A stretch of 64,000 nt of DNA from the IMG/VR virus record IMGVR_UViG_3300028392_002123. One strand, given 5' to 3'. The position numbers were made by a program, and so were the translations under genes. The first letter of the stretch is position 1. Each line of letters starts with the position of its first letter. The DNA is from a virus. Its lineage: Duplodnaviria > Caudoviricetes. The notes beneath the pieces were generated by a model. The model was not told the origin of the DNA, did not search any database, and saw only the letters and a program-made list of their open reading frames with translations. This document shows, in pieces, positions 58,396 through 64,000 of the stretch.

Positions 58396-58509
58396 TTTTA
58401 AGTTTCCTTTAAGTTTCGTCGCTGTAACTAAACAACGTAAGAGTATTATACAATAAAAAAACGGTAAAAGCAATAGTGCATTTTACCGTTTTCTTGGTTA
58501 GTTTACCAA

Positions 58510-58749
58510 TTAGCTTCTATTGGTAATAAAACCGTTTAGTGCTGTTGCTTTAGTGATAATCTCTGCTTCTGTGGGGAAAGCTTCGAATGTTGGTTTTTCC
58601 GGCATACTCAGTTGATTAGACTGTGCTTCCTGAACCCTTGTGTGATAGTCAGTTATGACAGCATCGCGTTTAGCATGCCAGTCTTGCTCTAACATTTCTT
58701 TGGCCATCTTGAGTAGTTCAAGACGAATTTCGTATCCATTTGTGGACAT
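58510..58749 (-). CDS. Conserved-looking small phage protein
   Basis: NGYEIRLELLKMAK...FPT..EII..A..L..F. Confidence 0.6.
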   Translation of the reverse strand: MSTNGYEIRLELLKMAKEMLEQDWHAKRDAVITDYHTRVQEAQSNQLSMPEKPTFEAFPTEAEIITKATALNGFITNRS

Positions 58750-58985
58750 AATAATACCTCTCTGTGTGTAATGCACAAACTATTGTCTGTACGCTATTAT
58801 ATAGTCTTAGAGATCACAAAGCAAGATCTATATCAAAGGTCCATGAGTCCATAAAATAATTTCTCACGTAATCAAACGTTGCCCAGAAATAGCCTTGTAC
58901 TCCCCAGTCTGGTCCAAAGCTATTTCTAATCAGTAGTTATTAAATTTAATTGAATTGAATTAAAAAAACGACAGGCCTGCTCGTT

Positions 58986-59237
58986 TTAACGCTGTCGATC
59001 AGTAATATTTTCTACTCTCATACCAACGTAGGCACCAAAGTAAGCGCCCAATAATGCAGGTATTAGTGCTAAGTGATCTGTGGTATAGTTAATCACTGCT
59101 ATGCTGGCGGTAAAAGTAACCACCATGCTCCACCACGCGGCACGCCATGGATGATCATTTTGTATAGACTTGACAAAATATATATAGATTAAGTCAGTGA
59201 AGAATACTGCAAAGAAAGTTAATACGTAGGTCCACAT
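58986..59237 (-). CDS. Small membrane protein
   Basis: Hydrophobic, start MWTYVL. Confidence 0.55.
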   Translation of the reverse strand: MWTYVLTFFAVFFTDLIYIYFVKSIQNDHPWRAAWWSMVVTFTASIAVINYTTDHLALIPALLGAYFGAYVGMRVENITDRQR

Positions 59238-59368
59238 ATTAATCTTTCTTGTCTTCTTTTTTCTTGTCTTCTCGTTGTTCAAGAACACTGGGAGGGAAGT
59301 ATGGCTCTATAACATAATGGTTAGCAGTCCACCAACCAAATGCTGTTACGAATCCATAAAAAAATATT

Positions 59369-60019
59369 TCAATTATCATTTTTCATTAATCGGTTAACAA
59401 ACTCCTTCAGGAGCATGTGATGTTCGCCTTGGTGATAGTGTTCTCGCATCCATGACCATCCATTGTACCAGTGTGCTTGACTTTCGGGATGACAGCCTAT
59501 TAGGCCTATATTATTTTGTATAATAGCCATGGCATCACCGTTGGCATAAGTGGCCACAGTTTCAAATTTAGCAGTATCACCCACTAAAGCACAGCCATCA
59601 TACCAAAACATGTTCATGGGCTTGGTATCCCATGTTATCGAAATGTTCTTAGCGTGAGGCCTGCGTGTGTCTGTGCCAGGGCGACTTAGATATTGAACAG
59701 CATCTACACTATCTAATATATTAAAATAGTGACTGCCGGCCCAGTATGCACCCATGCAAATTCCTAGATATTTACCACCGCGAGCAACGAATTCTTTGAT
59801 CTTCTTTTTGTGCAATTTCATCAGCGAACCGTAACTTTCGCTGTCGCCAATGCCGCCAGGGATGGCTATGATATCTACATCATCGAAAAAGCCCTCTTCC
59901 AGATCGTGTTTAGTAAAAATCTTAAACTCGTAATCTGAACTGAGAGCTTTTAATATGCCGTTACCGCTTTGTACAGAGCATTTGGGTTGATGCAAAAATA
60001 AAGCGATGCGAGCCTTCAT
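59369..60019 (-). CDS. Class I glutamine amidotransferase-like (BPL-N type) protein
   Basis: IPGG, YLGICMGAY, HPE. Confidence 0.8.
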   Translation of the reverse strand: MKARIALFLHQPKCSVQSGNGILKALSSDYEFKIFTKHDLEEGFFDDVDIIAIPGGIGDSESYGSLMKLHKKKIKEFVARGGKYLGICMGAYWAGSHYFNILDSVDAVQYLSRPGTDTRRPHAKNISITWDTKPMNMFWYDGCALVGDTAKFETVATYANGDAMAIIQNNIGLIGCHPESQAHWYNGWSWMREHYHQGEHHMLLKEFVNRLMKNDN

Positions 60020-60041
60020 TCGGTATTTATTAACCGAACTC

Positions 60042-60242
60042 TTAGACCATGTTTATGCCAAGTGCTCGTGTATAAGGAATCCAAATTGCTTCAAATTCTG
60101 GACTGTTGGATCCAGGCGTATGTGTTAACCATACTTGGCGCATGTTTGCTTTTTTCTGTGCGGCTTCTTCGGATCCGCCTTCTAGGCTATCGATCCATTC
60201 TAAAACAGTCATTGCAGGTGTTGTTTGTGGTTGTAAAGACAT
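60042..60242 (-). CDS. Small hypothetical protein
   Basis: ATAAATA and AGGAGAG upstream. Confidence 0.5.
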   Translation of the reverse strand: MSLQPQTTPAMTVLEWIDSLEGGSEEAAQKKANMRQVWLTHTPGSNSPEFEAIWIPYTRALGINMV

Positions 60243-60272
60243 AATATCTCTCCTATTCTAAGAATATTTATC

Positions 60273-60665
60273 TTATTTTGTTTGATTGGCCAGATCTTTA
60301 TAGCCAGACCAGCTAGGATGAATTTTATCCGCTTGTAATCTATTAATGGGTAAGACTGTGTCACCGTAGTTTACTGCTATAAGCTGTACAATATCTCGTA
60401 CTTCGGGTTTAATAGCAGGCAGTATCCAAAAGACATGTTCCGCATCAACTTTTTGGCGAACTTTCATTAATTCTTGAAAAGAATTGATTCCCGCATGATC
60501 GTTTGAGCCTAGGCTGATAATAACAGTTCTAGCTGTCATTGTTTTATTATATTTTGTATTCCACTGTTTAGTGTTTATGCCGCCGGTGGCATAAGCAACA
60601 CATTCGGGTCTAAATTGCTGTGTGCCCACTGCTATACTATCGCCGATTATCAAGCAATCTAACAT
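60273..60665 (-). CDS. SGNH/GDSL hydrolase-like protein
   Basis: GDSI, GSND, D.IHP. Confidence 0.75.
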   Translation of the reverse strand: MLDCLIIGDSIAVGTQQFRPECVAYATGGINTKQWNTKYNKTMTARTVIISLGSNDHAGINSFQELMKVRQKVDAEHVFWILPAIKPEVRDIVQLIAVNYGDTVLPINRLQADKIHPSWSGYKDLANQTK

Positions 60666-60745
60666 ATTGTTTCCTTGTTGGATAGTTTATTATACAGTCA
60701 ATTTAATTATCTTGCAACCAAATTGGTAAATTATTTAATAGATAA

Positions 60746-60769
60746 AAAAAGGCTCCTAAGAGCCTTTTT
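60746..60769 (-). terminator. Intrinsic terminator
   Basis: AAAAAGGCTC-CTAA-GAGCCTTTTT. Confidence 0.8.
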
Positions 60770-60786
60770 ATAAGGATTTCTAAATT

Positions 60787-61347
60787 TTAGAAACCACGTG
60801 TGTAAGCAACTGCCCAGATCTTTTGATCGTTGTCGCCTTTAACACGGTCGTAGCGTACACCAATGCTGTCAACTTTGGTCAATGCATAACTTAAAGTATA
60901 ACGCATTGTATGTGTTTGATCGTTGTATGCACCTGCATCATCTGCACTTCTCCAACGGTATCCAACTTTAGCTGTTAAACCAGCAACTCCTGGAACTGCG
61001 GCAGTAACACCTGGCTCAATTGAGTAGTATGTAAAGTTTGTTGTGTTTGTATACTTTTGACCCAATGCTACACGAGTGTAACCATTGATGCCGCTGACCA
61101 ATGGCATTGTACCAGTAACGCCAGCTTCTAAACGTGTGCTTAGTGCGTTAGTGCCTTCTGTTTGTGCATTACTAAAAGCTAGGTCGCCAGCAAACATGCT
61201 GTTGATATCTTTCTTAATACCTAATACTGCTTGGCTTTGTGCGGCCGCGCCGTTGTTATTGATATGCTGACCTTCGACGGTAAAGCTATCTGCGGCATTG
61301 GCACCAAATGCTGCCAAAACCAATGTTGCTATTGCAATTTTTTTCAT
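60787..61347 (-). CDS. Outer-membrane beta-barrel protein
   Basis: Signal peptide (ANA), alternating beta strands, C-terminal Y.RGF. Confidence 0.75.
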   Translation of the reverse strand: MKKIAIATLVLAAFGANAADSFTVEGQHINNNGAAAQSQAVLGIKKDINSMFAGDLAFSNAQTEGTNALSTRLEAGVTGTMPLVSGINGYTRVALGQKYTNTTNFTYYSIEPGVTAAVPGVAGLTAKVGYRWRSADDAGAYNDQTHTMRYTLSYALTKVDSIGVRYDRVKGDNDQKIWAVAYTRGF

Positions 61348-61492
61348 TTCATTTCCTTTATGTTCGAACTTTCGTTCATTTACTATTGTACATAATATTT
61401 ACGTACGAAGTCAAGAATATGTAAAACAATCATCACGGAATTGTATTAAAATGGACAAATGAATTACATATTGTTGTATCTTTGCAACAAAC

Positions 61493-61999
61493 TTAGCTAT
61501 TCAATACTTTGGCCACAGAGTTCATTACACTGGCAATACGCCCAATGTCACGAAGTTGTTCTACTGTATAACCTTCCTTCTTCAATGTTTCGTAGTGCGC
61601 CTTAACACAGAAGTGACACTTGCCAACGATTGATGCGGCAAGACTGAACGCTTCAAAGTTTGACTTGGTAGTTCCACCATGACTAGCGATAGCGTTCATA
61701 CGAAGCTGTGCTGGCAATCCAGTTAGGTTAGCATCGTCTGCCATTTCAACATATGGATACCATACATTGTTCTGTGCCATGATACTTGCGGCTGTCATTG
61801 CTGACTCTGCATGTACTGGAGCATCTGCTAATAGTATGCTTAAAACTTTGCCGTTACCAGTAGCGGCCAATGCGGCTACAGCACAACCTATAGCTACATC
61901 AGCATCTAGTGTACTACGCAAAAGGACTGCGTCCAAGTTTAACTTGGTATCCTTTGCGTAGTCTGGCAACGCACCTTTAATAGTGTCGTTGAATGCCAT
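61493..61999 (-). CDS. ahpD: Alkylhydroperoxidase AhpD
   Basis: LPDYAKD.KLNL, SI.GKCHFCVKAH. Confidence 0.88.
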   Translation of the reverse strand: MAFNDTIKGALPDYAKDTKLNLDAVLLRSTLDADVAIGCAVAALAATGNGKVLSILLADAPVHAESAMTAASIMAQNNVWYPYVEMADDANLTGLPAQLRMNAIASHGGTTKSNFEAFSLAASIVGKCHFCVKAHYETLKKEGYTVEQLRDIGRIASVMNSVAKVLNS

Positions 62000-62000
62000 A

Positions 62001-62558
62001 TTATAGAGTCTCCCCGCCTACTGTACGGTTACATGCACATAGTTCGCCAGTTTGCAATGCGTCTAATACACGCAATGTTTCTTCTGGGCTACGACCAACG
62101 TTCAAATTGTTTACAGTAACGTGTTGGATAACGTTGTCTGGGTCAACAATAAATGTTGCACGTAGTGCGGCACCTGCTGGAGCATAAAATACGCCCAGTT
62201 GTTCAATCAGGCTCAAACTATCACCAGTGTTTGAGTCATATCGTTGTGTGTCGGCAAACTGATGATGCGTGATTTTACGCAGGTCGTCGTGTGACTTTTG
62301 CCATGCTACTTTGCAGAACTCATTGTCTGTGCTACCTGTTAGTAGGACTGCATCACGGTCAGCAAAGTCGCTGGCTAGTTTGTCATAGGCCACAATCTCT
62401 GTAGGACAAACGAATGTAAAGTCCTTGGGATAGTAAACGATTACCTTCCACTTGCCTTCAAAGCTTTGTTCTGTGATTGTATAAAAAGCATCTTCTGGTT
62501 GTCCTGGCTTAACACCTGTTACTGCAAATGCTGTTAATTTATCTCCAACTGTTTTCAT
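62001..62558 (-). CDS. ahpC: Peroxiredoxin AhpC
   Basis: YPKDFTFVCPTE, RATFIVDP, GR...E.LR.LDALQ. Confidence 0.93.
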   Translation of the reverse strand: MKTVGDKLTAFAVTGVKPGQPEDAFYTITEQSFEGKWKVIVYYPKDFTFVCPTEIVAYDKLASDFADRDAVLLTGSTDNEFCKVAWQKSHDDLRKITHHQFADTQRYDSNTGDSLSLIEQLGVFYAPAGAALRATFIVDPDNVIQHVTVNNLNVGRSPEETLRVLDALQTGELCACNRTVGGETL

Positions 62559-62775
62559 TTTTGATTTCCTTTAAGTTAAAAATTTGTATTAGTGTTTTCA
62601 CTAAGTTATATATTATATATCCTTATAATCAGCAAAGTCAAGGAGTATTTCACTAATATATTTTTATTGACTTAATAGGAAAAGTTAATAACCATCTTCC
62701 TCTTGTTGTAGCTTTTTCCAAAGGTCCTTATCAATATGTTCATCGACCTAAAGTCAATTATCGATTTGCTCAATA

Positions 62776-62799
62776 AGAAACCCGCCGCGGCGGGTTTCT
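62776..62799 (-). terminator. Intrinsic terminator
   Basis: AGAAACCCGCC-GC-GGCGGGTTTCT. Confidence 0.75.
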
Positions 62800-62815
62800 G
62801 CTAAATGTATATTGC

Positions 62816-63463
62816 TTAGTCGTTCCAAACTAAACTGCCGCCTATAATGCTGGCATTGTAAACAACTACATTGCTAAGTCCCCAGGTGTTCATGTTGACT
62901 TGCAGGTCTTGACCATTCATATCAATGGTACCAAATGTTTGAACTCTAGTAAAACCTGCTACTGTAGTATTAGCAGGTAAATTATCACCATCTGTCCATA
63001 AACCACTATTTACAATTGATACTGCTGTGGCAACACCTGAATTACTTGCTGTTACACGAACTTTAAGTGGGGTTGCAAAATTTGCATGACGGAATTCAAA
63101 TTCATCGCCTACGTCATTGGCTGTACCACCTGCACGTAAAGAAATATTTGTTACTACTTTGTCACTGACAAATTCGGAAATGTCTGTGCCCAAGCTAGCA
63201 ATAGTACCAGTTGTTGCGCCTGCTACTGCACCAGGAACACTGGATACCCTGGCTGCAAATGTAAAGATGCTACCATTTGGTTGACTTACCATGTATAAGT
63301 CTGTTTTTAGTTGTAATGCTTGAACTGCCTGTGAATATAAACTATTACTAGCTGTATAATTTGATTCGACGTTTTCGCCCATATCAACTACGAAATATGC
63401 TAGCTCTGGGGTTCCCATTGCAGTAATAGGGAATACTTTTTCCCAGTTGTCTCGAATAGCCAT
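62816..63463 (-). CDS. Hypothetical protein (possibly virion-associated)
   Basis: T/G/A/N-rich; ATAAATA and AAAGGA upstream. Confidence 0.55.
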   Translation of the reverse strand: MAIRDNWEKVFPITAMGTPELAYFVVDMGENVESNYTASNSLYSQAVQALQLKTDLYMVSQPNGSIFTFAARVSSVPGAVAGATTGTIASLGTDISEFVSDKVVTNISLRAGGTANDVGDEFEFRHANFATPLKVRVTASNSGVATAVSIVNSGLWTDGDNLPANTTVAGFTRVQTFGTIDMNGQDLQVNMNTWGLSNVVVYNASIIGGSLVWND

Positions 63464-63513
63464 GATAAAATCCTTTAAAAAGTGTATTGTAATTATTTAT
63501 CATTTAAACAATA

Positions 63514-64000
63514 AGAAACCCGCCGAAGCGGGTTCTGAGTTTCTGTTACGAGGTATGTCTTACCCTAAGCGGAGTTTAGGCCGCTAAAGCGAACTGTTCG
63601 TCGTTTGCATTTACGTTTTTTGTGTCTTCGACCGGGTTCCCCCAATCCTAACGGCTTCTACATTGCCGGACTGTCCATTTCATTACTCTTGACCCTGTCG
63701 AAACCATGGCAGGCCCATCATAAGAAAACTCAATTAAATGTCATATGACCGGTTGCGTATAATACTGCCATTACAGGACCAGCTATATGCTCTCCGATTT
63801 CATACAACGCCCATACAGTTAGCGCCACTGCCCACCATGGATTAGATTCCGCTTTTTGACCTAACCAGGTAAAAAACTTTCCATGAGCACGACCAATTGC
63901 ATTTGCAAATTTAACTATCATAACAAACTTCCTTATGGTGGACCTGGCGGGAGTCGAACCCGCGTCCAGAATGCCTTCACTTTGAAGGGATTACAACTAT
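63514..64000 (-). ncRNA. ssrA: Circularly permuted (two-piece) tmRNA gene; 5' end may lie just outside the window
   Basis: Acceptor piece ending T-arm + CAGGTCC-A-CCA (63936) precedes coding piece GGGCCTG (63716); G3.U70; tag ANDEQFALAA* at 63576-63608; terminator 63514-63537. Confidence 0.92.
63730..63921 (-). CDS. 63-aa hydrophobic ORF inside the tmRNA intervening segment
   Basis: TAAGGAAG SD directly after CCA; ORF fills the intervening segment. Confidence 0.6.
   Translation of the reverse strand: MIVKFANAIGRAHGKFFTWLGQKAESNPWWAVALTVWALYEIGEHIAGPVMAVLYATGHMTFN

Noticed and set aside
58872-58926. Hairpin AGAAATAGC...GCTATTTCT as an ncRNA
   Set aside because: A single stem with no supporting structure; likely a terminator or part of an unrecognised micro-ORF

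Overview
Segment of a large, AT-rich lytic dsDNA phage genome of the T4-like/'huge phage' type. A betaproteobacterial host is inferred from the Bug/TctC protein, the two-piece tmRNA with tag ANDEQFALAA, the AhpC-AhpD pair and a DUF3563-like ORF. No capsid, replication, integrase or rRNA genes are recognisable. Layout: (i) 0.2-17.1 kb, a dense tailoring-enzyme island with many short HxD...H cupin/2OG-Fe(II) oxygenase-like proteins, two B12-binding radical SAM enzymes, PP-loop (asparagine-synthase-like) ATPases, TauD, GNATs, a desaturase and a nitroreductase, mostly behind T4-late-type TAAATA motifs; (ii) 17.4-29.1 kb, 20 CCA-encoding tRNA genes on the minus strand, interleaved with more oxygenases, a GIY-YIG ORF, rpoZ, four unexplained structured RNAs and an apparent leader-peptide attenuator; (iii) 29-49 kb, small early genes behind near-consensus sigma70 promoters, including clpP and a paralog array; (iv) 49-64 kb, host-takeover genes (acpS, guaC, clpS, hsp20, rpsU, infC, clpX, apt, ahpCD, an OMP) ending in a circularly permuted tmRNA whose intervening segment carries an ORF. 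All calls come from reading motifs by eye; no database search or folding program was run.
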